NCBI GenBank assembly: GCA_963801165.1
Contig: CAWDDT010000006.1
Coordinates: forward strand, 352,001-416,000
Origin: an uncultured bacterium
Lineage (GTDB): Bacteria > Actinomycetota > Acidimicrobiia > Spongiisociales > UBA5794
Length of the DNA: 64,000 bases
Direction of reading: 5' to 3'
The position numbers and the translations under genes were made by a program. Positions 32,041-42,001 of this stretch are shown one piece after another; the first letter of the stretch is position 1, and every line of letters starts with the position of its first letter. The notes under the pieces were generated by a model. The model saw only the letters and a list, made by a program, of their open reading frames with translations. It searched no databases and was not told the DNA's origin.

Positions 32041-33396
32041 TCACAAACCGGCGATCAGCTTGTCCACCCTGTCGTCTACGGATTTGAAGGGGTCTTTGCA
32101 CAGCACGGTCCGCTGCGCTTGATCGTTCAGCTTGAGGTGAACCCAATCGACCGTGAAGTCCCGTTTGCGTGCCTTGGCCGCCTTGATGAACTCGCCACGG
32201 AGCCGGGCCCGCGTCGTCTGCGGAGGCTCCGTCATCGCCTGCCGGACGCTCTCCTCGGTCACCACCCTCTCCATCTCACCGCGCCGCTCCAGGATGTAGT
32301 ACAGCCCTCGTTGCCTGCTCACGTCGTGATAGGAGAGATCGAGGAGTCCCAGCTTCGGATCCGCCAATGTCAGATTGTGCTTGGCTTTGTAGCGGTCGAT
32401 GAGCCGGTATTTTGCCACCCAATCGACCTCGCGATAGAGCGTCATCGGGTCCTTCTCCAGACCGGTGAGCAGCCGCTCCCACATCATGATGGCGTTGTCG
32501 ACCTCCGCGGGGAAACCTGTGGTTCGGGCATAGCGCATCGCCCGGTCGAGGTACTCCCACTGGATGTCGAGCGCCGACAGCTCCCGTCCGTTGACGAGCC
32601 GCACCCGGCGCCGGCAAGTCATATCGTGCGAGATCTCACGGATCGCCCGAATCGGGTTCTCGAGGCTCAGGTCTCTGAAGACAATGTCGTCCTCGAGCAT
32701 TTGCAGCAGCGCCATTGTGGTGCCGAGCTTGGCGTAGGCAACGTATTCGGACATGTTCGAGTCCCCGGCGATGACGTGCAGGCGCCGATACCTCTCTGCA
32801 TCGGCGTGTGGCTCATCGCGCGTGTTGATGATTGGGCGGCTCCGCGTGGTCGCAGAGGAGATTCCCTCCCAGATGTGCTCGGCGCGCTGGGCCAGGCTGA
32901 AGATCGTGCCGCGGGCGGTGTGTAGAAGCTTGCCGGCGCCGGCATAGATCTGTCTGGTTACGAAGAACGGGATCAGTGTGTCGATCACCTTCTGGAAGTC
33001 ACCGTGGCGGCCAACCAGGTAGTTCTCGTGGCATCCGTACGAGTTGCCGGCCGAGTCCGTGTTGTTCTTGAACAGGTAGATCTGACCGCGGATGCCTTCG
33101 TCCTCCAGCCTCCGCTCGGCACTTTCGACGAGTCCCTCGAGGATCCGCTCCCCGGCCCGGTCGTGGGCGACGGCGTCGTACAGGCTGTCACACTCCGGCG
33201 TCGCATACTCAGGATGGCTCCCGACGTCCAGGTAGAGACGGGCACCGTTCTCGAGAAACACGTTCGAGGAGCGCCCCCAACTGACCACCCTCCGGAAGAG
33301 GTAGCGGGCAACCTCATCGGGTGACAGCCGGCGCTGCCCTCGCAACACACAGGTCACGCCGTACTCGTTCTCGATACCGATGATCCTGCGACGCAT
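32041..33396 (-). CDS. pafA: Pup--protein ligase
   Basis: [43 protein letters not shown]. Confidence 0.98.
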   Translation of the reverse strand: MRRRIIGIENEYGVTCVLRGQRRLSPDEVARYLFRRVVSWGRSSNVFLENGARLYLDVGSHPEYATPECDSLYDAVAHDRAGERILEGLVESAERRLEDEGIRGQIYLFKNNTDSAGNSYGCHENYLVGRHGDFQKVIDTLIPFFVTRQIYAGAGKLLHTARGTIFSLAQRAEHIWEGISSATTRSRPIINTRDEPHADAERYRRLHVIAGDSNMSEYVAYAKLGTTMALLQMLEDDIVFRDLSLENPIRAIREISHDMTCRRRVRLVNGRELSALDIQWEYLDRAMRYARTTGFPAEVDNAIMMWERLLTGLEKDPMTLYREVDWVAKYRLIDRYKAKHNLTLADPKLGLLDLSYHDVSRQRGLYYILERRGEMERVVTEESVRQAMTEPPQTTRARLRGEFIKAAKARKRDFTVDWVHLKLNDQAQRTVLCKDPFKSVDDRVDKLIAGL

Positions 33397-33455
33397 GTGT
33401 CGAACAGTAGTGCACCGTCGAAGTTCCGGCGCCCACGATCAAGCCAGATACAGAG

Positions 33456-33486
33456 GCTCCCTCCCGGTCATGGACCGGGAGGGAGC
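33456..33486. terminator. 14-bp stem hairpin after the beta-propeller gene
   Basis: GCTCCCTCCCGGTC-ATG-GACCGGGAGGGAGC. Confidence 0.7.
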
Positions 33487-33518
33487 AGTGTCGCGTTTCC
33501 TTCTACGACCGGTCGTCG

Positions 33519-34619
33519 CTACGAGGCGGCCAGGCCGACCCCACTAGCTGGGAGACCGGTAACGGTCTCGACGGGGCTCAGGGACCCATCCGGGTTTGCG
33601 GACAGGACGCTGATCGAGTCGTCCGAGCCGTTGAGCACGTACAGATAATGGTCGCCACCGGAGAAGTCGACATCGATGGGTGCGCCACCGACCGCGGTCT
33701 GGTCCATCACCGTGAGCGATCCGTTTGCGTGGAGACGCAGATGCGTCACCGAGTTGGATCCAGTGTTCGTGGTGTAGACATCGGAACCGTCCTGGCTGAT
33801 CGCGATCCAACAGGCAGCCGTCTGGGTTGTCTCCTCGGTGTCGAGATTGTTTGCGTTCTGACCGTTGAACCTGTAGGTCGAGACGACCCCGGCTCCTGGA
33901 GCTCCGCCAAACGCTTCGGAGACCACGATTCGCCCGTGCGGGTCGAACTCGAAGCCAAACGGCGTCTCACCGGACGAGGGGCTCGCCGCGCCTTCGCTGA
34001 CCCAACCCAGATGCCCGACTTTGTAGATCACGATCTGATTGACGGCCTTCTCGGTCACTACGAGCGTCTTCCCGTTCGGGGAGAACTCGATCTGTGCCGG
34101 CCCAACTCCGCTGCCGGATAGATCTCGCTCGGAATACGGCAGGCTGGTCAGACCACTCTTGCTGAGCCGGAATCCCTCGATGGTCTCCGACCCTCCATTG
34201 ACGACGAACGCCAGGTTGCCGTGCACGTCAACACTGATCGGCATGTCGCCTTGGGTGTCCTCGACATCACGGAGGTGCAGCCTGGTGCCGCTCACCTGGA
34301 ACAACGATACGGAGTCGCTACCGGCGTTGACCGCCAGCAGCCACCTGCCGTCGTCACTGAGCGTGAGCGCGCCCTGGGAGCCAAGACCGCCGCCGCTACC
34401 GAGACCTCCCGTTGCGACCTCATCGACCTGGGTCAGGGTGCCGTCGGCGGCGCGGGCGTATACGAGCACGGTGTTGCCCGCAGCGTCGTTGGAGAGAGTG
34501 AATACTGCACCCGCCGGTGATGCAAAGGCCGGTGCCGCACCGACCGCGAGCGACGCCGTCAGCAGTGCGAATACCGCCAATAGCGTGCGGAACCTCCAGG
34601 TCTTGTGGCTTTGCTGCAT
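33519..34619 (-). CDS. Secreted lactonase-family beta-propeller protein
   Basis: Signal peptide ending AFA, GLGSQG, LLAVNAGSDSVS, AACWIAI repeats. Confidence 0.8.
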   Translation of the reverse strand: MQQSHKTWRFRTLLAVFALLTASLAVGAAPAFASPAGAVFTLSNDAAGNTVLVYARAADGTLTQVDEVATGGLGSGGGLGSQGALTLSDDGRWLLAVNAGSDSVSLFQVSGTRLHLRDVEDTQGDMPISVDVHGNLAFVVNGGSETIEGFRLSKSGLTSLPYSERDLSGSGVGPAQIEFSPNGKTLVVTEKAVNQIVIYKVGHLGWVSEGAASPSSGETPFGFEFDPHGRIVVSEAFGGAPGAGVVSTYRFNGQNANNLDTEETTQTAACWIAISQDGSDVYTTNTGSNSVTHLRLHANGSLTVMDQTAVGGAPIDVDFSGGDHYLYVLNGSDDSISVLSANPDGSLSPVETVTGLPASGVGLAAS

Positions 34620-34821
34620 GCCTTCCTCCTTCAGATCTGGCCCGTCGACGACGGGCGGGACGGCGCATTCGTGCCACGATCAAAGTAAGAAGCGGATCTG
34701 AACTGCGGCGAAACGGCCGCTTAACAAACGAGGAACACCCGCCGTGGCTCACCCGCCGCCGCGATCACCATGCCTGAGGAAGCGGGAGCCCGATGGGTGC
34801 GGCGATGCTCCTAGACGAGAG

Positions 34822-35505
34822 CTACGGGGTGCGGAAGGTGGTGATCTCGTCGGCGGTCAGCCTGCGGAACTTGCGTCTGCCCAGGGTCCGATCCAGGACC
34901 GCCGCTTCCCAATCGTTTGCCGCGACCTCTGCCTCGAGGACCGCCTCGATGGCCTCGGTCGCCACCCGCACCGCGGTGGCAAGGTCGGGGATCCCCTCCA
35001 GGGCGGATTCGAGACGCTCGGTCAGCGCATCCTCCATGCCACCCATCGCTCCCGAGCCACGCACGTCCCGGAGCGTCCCATCGTATTGGATCCGGTAGAT
35101 CTCGGTGGTCCCCGATTCGGCACCCACCTCGGCGATCATCACCTCGATCTCGTACGGCTTCATCTCGTGGGTGAAGATCTGGCCGAGCGTCTGGGCGTAT
35201 GCGTTCGCCAAGCCTTTTGCGGTCACGTCGGCACGCTCGTACGAATAACCCTTGAGGTCGGCGTAGCGGATCCCGGCGACACGGAGCATCTCGAACTCGT
35301 TGAACCTGCCTACCCCGGCGAAGGCGATCCTGTCGTAGATCTCGCTCGTCTTGTGCAGCGACCCGCTGGGGTTCTCACCGATCAGCAGCACACCGTCTGT
35401 GTACTCGATGACAATGATCGGACGGCCACGGGCAATGCCCTTCCTGGCGAAGTCCGCCCGGTCCTTGGTCAGCTGTTCGGGGGGAACATAGAACGGCATG
35501 CTCAT
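34822..35505 (-). CDS. prcA: 20S proteasome subunit alpha
   Basis: MPFYVPPEQ...DFARKGIARGR, EIYDRIAFA. Confidence 0.97.
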   Translation of the reverse strand: MSMPFYVPPEQLTKDRADFARKGIARGRPIIVIEYTDGVLLIGENPSGSLHKTSEIYDRIAFAGVGRFNEFEMLRVAGIRYADLKGYSYERADVTAKGLANAYAQTLGQIFTHEMKPYEIEVMIAEVGAESGTTEIYRIQYDGTLRDVRGSGAMGGMEDALTERLESALEGIPDLATAVRVATEAIEAVLEAEVAANDWEAAVLDRTLGRRKFRRLTADEITTFRTP

Positions 35506-36305
35506 GGCCGGCCTCCCATCACCCGCGAGGCGACCCCGGCAACACGGTCATCCTCCAGCTCGATTATCCCTTCGCTGTTGATGGTCACGACGTTGGGGTA
35601 GATCCCACGGTGCAAGTCGGGGCCACCGGTTGCCGCGTCCTCTTCGGCCGCAGCCACGAGCGCCTCGATTGCGATCTCGATGGTGCGCTCCTCGGAGAGG
35701 CCGGGCTGGAACGCCCCTTTGATGAACGACTTCGCCTCGGCGCCCCCGGAACCGGTCGCCGCATAGTCCTGTTCCTCGTACCTGCCTCCGACGACATCGA
35801 AGGTGTACAACCGCCCGACGCCGGAGGCCTCGTCGTAGCCGCAGAACAGCGGCACCACCCCGAGACCCTGGAACGCCATCGGGAGATTGCCCCGGACCAT
35901 GCGCGCCAGATAATTTGCCTTGCCCTCCAGGCTGAGCCTTGTTCCCTCGATCTTCTCGTAGTGCTCGAGCTCGGTTTGAAAAACTTTGGTGAGCTCGATC
36001 GCCATACCGGCAGTTCCCGAGATGGCTACGGCCGAGTACTCGTCGGCCGGAAATACCTTCTTGACCCGGCTGTGGGCGATGATATTGCCCGCGGTGGCAC
36101 GGCGGTCTCCGGCCATCACCACGCCGTCGTCGTGCCGGATGGCGAGCACCGTGGTTGCTTCGGGCGCCTGGATAGAACCCTCACCCGCGGAAATCACCCA
36201 TGTCGGAACGAGACCGCGCGCTTCTAGCAACGAGAGGAAACTCGATCCCGGGCTAATGGTGTCGAGGGGCACGAGGTCGCCATGCCACAGGGGGCTTTCG
36301 CTCAC
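35502..36305 (-). CDS. prcB: 20S proteasome subunit beta
   Basis: TTVLAI...[21 protein letters not shown]. Confidence 0.97.
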   Translation of the reverse strand: MSESPLWHGDLVPLDTISPGSSFLSLLEARGLVPTWVISAGEGSIQAPEATTVLAIRHDDGVVMAGDRRATAGNIIAHSRVKKVFPADEYSAVAISGTAGMAIELTKVFQTELEHYEKIEGTRLSLEGKANYLARMVRGNLPMAFQGLGVVPLFCGYDEASGVGRLYTFDVVGGRYEEQDYAATGSGGAEAKSFIKGAFQPGLSEERTIEIAIEALVAAAEEDAATGGPDLHRGIYPNVVTINSEGIIELEDDRVAGVASRVMGGRP

Positions 36306-36493
36306 TCTCCGCCCTTCTGGACGTAGTTCTTGACGAACTCTTCGGCGTTCTCTTCGAGGACCGTGTCGATCTCGTCGAGGATGTCGTCGATCCGGTCTGT
36401 GAGATCCTCGCCCTGACCGCCGGCGATCTCATCTGCAGCCTCGGCCTCACCGCTCTCGCGAGAACCGGTCCGCTTGTGTTCTCTATCAGTCAT
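36302..36493 (-). CDS. pup: Prokaryotic ubiquitin-like protein Pup
   Basis: [28 protein letters not shown]. Confidence 0.98.
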   Translation of the reverse strand: MTDREHKRTGSRESGEAEAADEIAGGQGEDLTDRIDDILDEIDTVLEENAEEFVKNYVQKGGE

Positions 36494-37979
36494 TGTCGCC
36501 TCCTAGCGCCCGCATCAACTCGGCGGGCGTAGCCACTCGATCGAGCAGATCGCCGACCAGATCCTTCCCACCACGAAGAGGCTCCATCATAGGCACCCGG
36601 CGTAACGACGCTTCACCGACGTCGAAGACGAGAGAGTCCCAGTTTGCGGCTACCAGGGCGTGCCCGAACCGGGAGACGCACTCCCCGCGAAAATAGGCGC
36701 GGGTTTCCTCAGGCGGCTTGCGGGCGGCCTCGAAGATGCGGGCGTCGTCGAACAACCTCCTCATCCGCCCTCCGGCCGCCATCTTGTTGTAGATGCCCCG
36801 ATCGGGATCCACGTCGTGATACTGCAAGTCGAGCAGCCGCAGCTTGGAGTCGTTCCACTCTAGCCCGTCCCGATCCCGGTATCCCTGCAGCAGCCTCAGC
36901 TTCGCCGTCCAGTCGAGTCGGTCGGCGGTCGTCAGGATGTCGCGTTCGAGGTCGGTGAGGATCTCCTCCCAGACCGGCAGCACAGCAGTGAGCTCATCGA
37001 CACCATCGGCGTCGTTCAGATACTTGCGCACCCACTCGAAGTACTGCCACTGTGCTTCCAGCGCCGTGATCGTCTTCCCGCTGAACAGCTCGAGCGGTGT
37101 GCTCAAGGTCAGGTCGTGGCTCACCTGCCAGACGGATTCGACCGGTCTCGCCAGCTGTAGCGACTCGGGCAGCCCCTCGCCCTCAACTGCATGCAGCATG
37201 GCCGCGGTCGCCCCCAGCTTGAGGAAGATCTGCACCTCGGACAGGTTGGCGTCCCCGATGATCACATGCAGCCTGCGATACTTCGAGGCGTCGGCATGTG
37301 GCTCATCCCGGGTGTTGATGATCGGACGCTTCAACGTGGTTTCGAGACCGACCTCTTCCTCGAAGAAGTCGCCACGCTGGGTGATCTGGTAGTCGACGGC
37401 GGGTCGCCCGTTCTCGGCCCCGATCTTCCCCGAGCCGGTGAAGATCTGTCTGGTCACGAAGAAGGCGGTCATGTGCTCGACGATCTGACCGAACGGTAGC
37501 GAGCGGGCAACCAGGTAGTTCTCGTGGGCCCCGTACGAGTTGCCCTTCCCGTCGCTGTTGTTCTTGTGGATGATGAAGCGCTGACCCGGTTCGAGAAGCT
37601 CCCGGGCGGAAGCCACGGCTCGGGCCAGGATCACCTCGCCGGCCTTGTCGTAGAGAGCGGCCTGGAGCGGCGACGCGCACTCGGGACCCGAGTACTCGGG
37701 ATGGGCGTGGTCGACATAGAACCGTGCCCCGTTGCCGAGCACCACGTTCACGAGTCCAGACTCGATGTCGAGACAGGGGCCGAGGTCGTAGCCGAACCCG
37801 CGGGCATCGCGACCAGGCGATTCCTCGTCGAAGGACCATTTGATCCGGGCCCGGCTGCCGGCATACGAGTTGACCAGTGTCGAAGCCGCCGCCACCGGGT
37901 TGAAGTTGGGCTGGTTGGTGACGGTTATCCCGAACTCTGTCTCGGTGCCGAGGACCTTCTGCAACACCGGCTCGGTCAC
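36486..37979 (-). CDS. dop: Depupylase/deamidase Dop
   Basis: [29 protein letters not shown]. Confidence 0.97.
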   Translation of the reverse strand: MTEPVLQKVLGTETEFGITVTNQPNFNPVAAASTLVNSYAGSRARIKWSFDEESPGRDARGFGYDLGPCLDIESGLVNVVLGNGARFYVDHAHPEYSGPECASPLQAALYDKAGEVILARAVASARELLEPGQRFIIHKNNSDGKGNSYGAHENYLVARSLPFGQIVEHMTAFFVTRQIFTGSGKIGAENGRPAVDYQITQRGDFFEEEVGLETTLKRPIINTRDEPHADASKYRRLHVIIGDANLSEVQIFLKLGATAAMLHAVEGEGLPESLQLARPVESVWQVSHDLTLSTPLELFSGKTITALEAQWQYFEWVRKYLNDADGVDELTAVLPVWEEILTDLERDILTTADRLDWTAKLRLLQGYRDRDGLEWNDSKLRLLDLQYHDVDPDRGIYNKMAAGGRMRRLFDDARIFEAARKPPEETRAYFRGECVSRFGHALVAANWDSLVFDVGEASLRRVPMMEPLRGGKDLVGDLLDRVATPAELMRALGGDND

Positions 37980-39697
37980 AGATACTGCCCCGGTGTGACC
38001 GCCTCGATCGATCGGCTGTCGCCTTCGCCCTCGATGAGCGTGCGGACATAGACGATGCGCTCGCCCTTCTTGCCCGAGATCCGCGCCCAGTCGTCGGGAT
38101 TGGTGGTGTTGGGAAGATCCTCGTGCTCCCGGAACTCCTGGACGATGGCGTCAATGAGATAAGTCTGGTTCAAGCCCGGAGCCTCGCCGGCTATCTCGGC
38201 CTTGATGGCATCCTTCTTGGCACGTCTGACGATGTTCTCCACCATCGCCCCGCTGGCGAAGTCCTTGAAGTACAGCGTTTCACGGTCGCCGTTGGCGTAA
38301 GTGACCTCGAGGAAGCGGTTCTCCTCCGACTCTGAGTACATGCGCTCGACAACCCGGTCGACCATGGAGTCGACGAGAGCCTGGGCGTCCCCCCCGTGCT
38401 CGGCGAGAGCCTTCTCGGATAGGGGTAGGTCGGGCTGGAGGTAGATGCTGAATATCTTCCTGGCGGCTTCGGGACCGGGGCGGTCGATCTTCACCTTCAC
38501 GTCGAGCCGGCCCGGACGCAGGATGGCGGGGTCGATCAGATCCTCACGGTTGGAGGCGCCAATCACAATCACGTTCTTGAGGGACTCGACACCGTCGAGC
38601 TCCGAGAGAAGCTGCGGGACGATCGTCGACTCGACATCGGACGAGACACCGGTTCCCCTCGTCCGGAAGAGCGAATCCATCTCGTCGAAGAACACGATGA
38701 CCGGCACACCCTCGTCGGACTTCTCCTTGGCCCGCTGGAAGATCAGACGGATCTGACGTTCCGTCTCCCCGACGTACTTGTTCAGGAGCTCGGGGCCCTT
38801 GATGTTGAGGAAGTACGAGCGGACGTCTGTGTCGCCCTCTTTCTCGCCGACCGCCTTGGCGAGGCTGTTGGCCACCGCCTTGGCTATCAGGGTCTTGCCA
38901 CAGCCGGGAGGCCCATACAGAAGTACGCCTTTCGGCGGTGGCAGGCTGTAATCCTGGAACCGATCCTTGTATAGGTAAGGCAGCTCCACCGCGTCCCGGA
39001 TGATCTCGATCTGCTTCTCGAGCCCGCCGATCTCGTCGTAGGTGACGTCGGGGATCTCCTCGAGCACCAGCTCCTCGACCTCGGGACGGACCAGCTTCTC
39101 CATGACGAGACCGGTCTTCGGTTCGATCCGCACATGGTCACCGACACGGAGCGCAGCTTTCCGCAGCGGAGCCCCCAGCTCCACCACGCGTTCCTCATCG
39201 GCCCGACCCAGTATGAGGAGCCGGCCATCACCAAGAGTTTCCTTGATGGTCACCACCTCGCCGCCCGTGTCGAAGGAGCGGACATCCACGATGTTGTATG
39301 ACTCGTTGAGCAGGACCTCCTGGCCGATCTCGAGCGCCTTGATCTCGAGGGTGGGCTCGACGTTCACCCGCAACTTGCGGCTGGCGGTGAACACATCGGC
39401 GGTTCCGTCGTCATTGACGCCGAGAAGAATGCCAAAGGGGTTCGGCGGTGCGGTCAGCTTCTCCACCTCGTCGCGGAGAAGCGCCAGCTGTTCCCGCGTC
39501 TCTTCGAGGGCTGCGGCGAGCTTCTGATTCTGCCCGGCCGCTTGTGCAAGCTTGTTCCGGCTCTCGAGCAATCGCTCTTCCAGAACCCGTACCCGGCGCG
39601 GGGCGTCCTGGAGACGGCGCCGCAGCACGGCGATCTCCTCCTCGAGCATTCGCACCGTTGTCTGCAGGTTCTCGCTGTCCCTAGCGGAGTCATCCAT
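37976..39697 (-). CDS. arc: Proteasome AAA ATPase ARC/Mpa
   Basis: Coiled coil, [15 protein letters not shown]-terminal GQYL. Confidence 0.98.
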   Translation of the reverse strand: MDDSARDSENLQTTVRMLEEEIAVLRRRLQDAPRRVRVLEERLLESRNKLAQAAGQNQKLAAALEETREQLALLRDEVEKLTAPPNPFGILLGVNDDGTADVFTASRKLRVNVEPTLEIKALEIGQEVLLNESYNIVDVRSFDTGGEVVTIKETLGDGRLLILGRADEERVVELGAPLRKAALRVGDHVRIEPKTGLVMEKLVRPEVEELVLEEIPDVTYDEIGGLEKQIEIIRDAVELPYLYKDRFQDYSLPPPKGVLLYGPPGCGKTLIAKAVANSLAKAVGEKEGDTDVRSYFLNIKGPELLNKYVGETERQIRLIFQRAKEKSDEGVPVIVFFDEMDSLFRTRGTGVSSDVESTIVPQLLSELDGVESLKNVIVIGASNREDLIDPAILRPGRLDVKVKIDRPGPEAARKIFSIYLQPDLPLSEKALAEHGGDAQALVDSMVDRVVERMYSESEENRFLEVTYANGDRETLYFKDFASGAMVENIVRRAKKDAIKAEIAGEAPGLNQTYLIDAIVQEFREHEDLPNTTNPDDWARISGKKGERIVYVRTLIEGEGDSRSIEAVTPGQYL

Positions 39698-39923
39698 GTG
39701 TCCGCCTCCTATTGAGGTGTCGCGTTTCAGTGTAGGCCCGCTAAAGCCGTAGCGGCCGCGTCCCGATTACATGGTGAACCACTGCGGTACACCCACCTTC
39801 CGGCAGGCCGAAACGGGCCAACCGCCCCATTGGATGGCAGATCTCGTGCTCTACAGTGGCTGCCACGGAATGCAAAATGCCGTTGGTAGAATTGAACCCC
39901 CAAATACCTGCGAAAGGGAACTC

Positions 39924-40169
39924 ATGAAAGTCTGGATCGATCAGGACCTATGCACCGGCGACGGCCTCTGCGAGGAGATCGCACCCGATGTCTTCGTTCT
40001 GCTCGACGATGGTCTGGCCTATGTGCGCGACGGTGACAAGATCTACGCCGCATCCGAGGGCAATCCTGAAGGAGCCGAGGGTCTGGTCAACGTACCCGAG
40101 GGCATGTCCGATCTCGTGGTGGAATCCGCCGAGGAATGCCCGGGCGAGTGCATCTTCGTCGAGCCGTAG
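39924..40169 (+). CDS. Single-cluster ferredoxin
   Basis: MKVWIDQDLCTGDGLC...ECPGECI; RBS before ATG 39924. Confidence 0.93.
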   Translation: MKVWIDQDLCTGDGLCEEIAPDVFVLLDDGLAYVRDGDKIYAASEGNPEGAEGLVNVPEGMSDLVVESAEECPGECIFVEP

Positions 40170-40188
40170 CTCAGGACGGCAACCTCTA

Positions 40189-40977
40189 TCAGTCGCCCGC
40201 AGGCTCACGCTTGCGGGCGACTGTAATGAAGCCCGTATGGCCGATCATGCGATGGCTGGGTCGCACCGACCGCCCGTCGATGGTCCACTCTCTCATCATC
40301 ATCTCGAAGGTCATCACATCGAGAAACGCCCCGGCGTCGTCGATGGCCTCGCGCACCGTCTGCACCTGGGGAACCGTAGGCAGGTAGCAGCAGAAGACGC
40401 CACCCGGATTCAAAATGGTGGCCGCCGACGATACGGAATGCCACGGCTCCGGTAAATCGAGCACAATTCGATCGGGATGCAGGTCCGCCATACCCTCCTC
40501 CAGCGCACCGACGCGCAAGTCAACGTTTTCGGGGATGGTGCCGAAGAAGCCCTTGATCCGCTTCGCCGCCAGCCTGGCATGGTCGTCACGCACCTCGAAC
40601 GAGATGACACGGCCTGATTCGCCAACGGCCCGCGACAGAGCCATCGTCAAGGCTCCTGAACCGGTGCCGGCTTCCACCACGACATTGCCCGGGCCGATGT
40701 CGGCCCAAACAAGAATGGCCCCCGTGTCCTTGGGATAGACGACGGCTGCACCTCGTGGCATCTTCAGCGCAAAATCTGCGAGCCGGGGACGCAGGACAAT
40801 CAACGGTCTGCCCAGCGACGAGCGCAGCGTGGTCCCTTCCTCACGGCCGATGATCTCGTCGTGAGGCAGAGCACCCTGGTGATGATGGAACTCGGCCCCC
40901 GCAATCAGCTCGATCAGATAACGCCGCCCCTTGCGATCGAACAAGAGGCAGGCATCACCCGCCCGGAACCGGGTCAC
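40189..40977 (-). CDS. trmI: tRNA (adenine58-N1)-methyltransferase
   Basis: MPRGAAVVYPKD, EAGTGSGALT, LDLPEPW, MIGHTGF. Confidence 0.95.
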   Translation of the reverse strand: MTRFRAGDACLLFDRKGRRYLIELIAGAEFHHHQGALPHDEIIGREEGTTLRSSLGRPLIVLRPRLADFALKMPRGAAVVYPKDTGAILVWADIGPGNVVVEAGTGSGALTMALSRAVGESGRVISFEVRDDHARLAAKRIKGFFGTIPENVDLRVGALEEGMADLHPDRIVLDLPEPWHSVSSAATILNPGGVFCCYLPTVPQVQTVREAIDDAGAFLDVMTFEMMMREWTIDGRSVRPSHRMIGHTGFITVARKREPAGD

Positions 40978-40982
40978 GTCTC

Positions 40983-41084
40983 CTACCCGAGCGCCGAGAA
41001 CAGCGATGCGGCAATGGTCAGCAACATCGCGACAACGATGAGCCAAACAACGATCTTGATGAATTTCTCGCGGTTACGGAACAT
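40983..41084 (-). CDS. 33-aa single-TM microprotein (not in ORF track)
   Basis: Hand translation MFRNREKFIKIVVWLIVVAMLLTIAASLFSALG*; GAGGAG upstream; fills the operon gap. Confidence 0.75.
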   Translation of the reverse strand: MFRNREKFIKIVVWLIVVAMLLTIAASLFSALG

Positions 41085-41088
41085 CGAA

Positions 41089-41313
41089 TCACAACTCCTC
41101 GTTCACTGCTGTTTGCGCCCCCCGCAATTGTGCGATCCTCAGTGTCTCGCCGTCGCTGAGCGTCCGGCTGTAGATCAACTTGTCGCCCTGGGAGAAACGG
41201 CGAAATAGCGCCCAAATGGAGATCGCCGCACCGATCGCAGCAAGGAGCGGTTGACCGCGACGAGCACCACCGAAGAGTGACTTGACACCGAGGGAGACGA
41301 TTCGCGCAAACAT
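41089..41313 (-). CDS. Small membrane protein
   Basis: MFARIVSLGVKSLFGG...AIGAAISIWALF; ATG overlaps upstream stop. Confidence 0.65.
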   Translation of the reverse strand: MFARIVSLGVKSLFGGARRGQPLLAAIGAAISIWALFRRFSQGDKLIYSRTLSDGETLRIAQLRGAQTAVNEEL

Positions 41314-41516
41314 CAGAGGCGGTATATCTCCACACGAGCGCCGCCCTTCTTGCGACCCCGACGTCTCCCGAGCAGGAAGATGAGCACGACCGCCACTACC
41401 GCGGCGATGGCGATGACGGTACCCGTGGTCTGTGCCTGGCTCTTCGTCTCGTCGACGATCTCCTCGATCTCGCGCAGTTTGGCTTCCAGATCGGCTCGCT
41501 CGATCGCCATCGTCAT
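41313..41516 (-). CDS. Small tail-anchored membrane protein (DUF3618-like)
   Basis: IERADLEAKLREIEE coil, TM, GRRRGRKK; ATGA overlap. Confidence 0.7.
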   Translation of the reverse strand: MTMAIERADLEAKLREIEEIVDETKSQAQTTGTVIAIAAVVAVVLIFLLGRRRGRKKGGARVEIYRL

Positions 41517-41833
41517 GCCTCCTTGGTTCCGGATCCGCCGTCCCGACCGGCGACGGCAACCATTACGCCGATAACCACCGCTATCGACAACGCACCCAGC
41601 ACGTAGCCGAGTGCCGACCAGTTGGGGCCGTCGGGAAGGAGAATGATGATCCCGCGGACGCCGGCAATGGCCAGCAGCAAACCCCCGATCGCAAACAGGA
41701 TGGATGCCGCGATCGTGAAGCCGGCGAACCGGCCGAGCCGCTTGGCAGGCTCGAGCGTCTCCTGGCGCAGATACTCTTTCGACATGTCGACGAACTCTGT
41801 TACCAGCTGGGGTAGTTCCGTCGCTCCTGCCAT
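41513..41833 (-). CDS. Actinobacterial holin-like (DUF1469-type) membrane protein
   Basis: ELPQLVTEF...YLRQET...AKRLGR then two TM helices. Confidence 0.7.
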   Translation of the reverse strand: MAGATELPQLVTEFVDMSKEYLRQETLEPAKRLGRFAGFTIAASILFAIGGLLLAIAGVRGIIILLPDGPNWSALGYVLGALSIAVVIGVMVAVAGRDGGSGTKEA

Positions 41834-42001
41834 GGACAAACCTCTCGTGAACTCGCGCGCATCTGTTTGCGGATAGCGCCATGAGGCTACCCCATTTTGG
41901 GGACACGATGGCAATCTGCCGGTAGCCGGGGCCTACCGCGCCCCCGACGCAATGTCGGCTAAATAGATACAGGTTTCGAAACAGCCTATTATCACCTAGC
42001 A

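Noticed and set aside
41513-41833. Holin-like gene as prophage remnant
   Set aside because: No endolysin or other phage genes; family is commonly chromosomal in Actinobacteria
41953-41975. TGTCGG upstream of the MFS gene as a PafBC promoter
   Set aside because: No TANNNT at the 10-nt spacing
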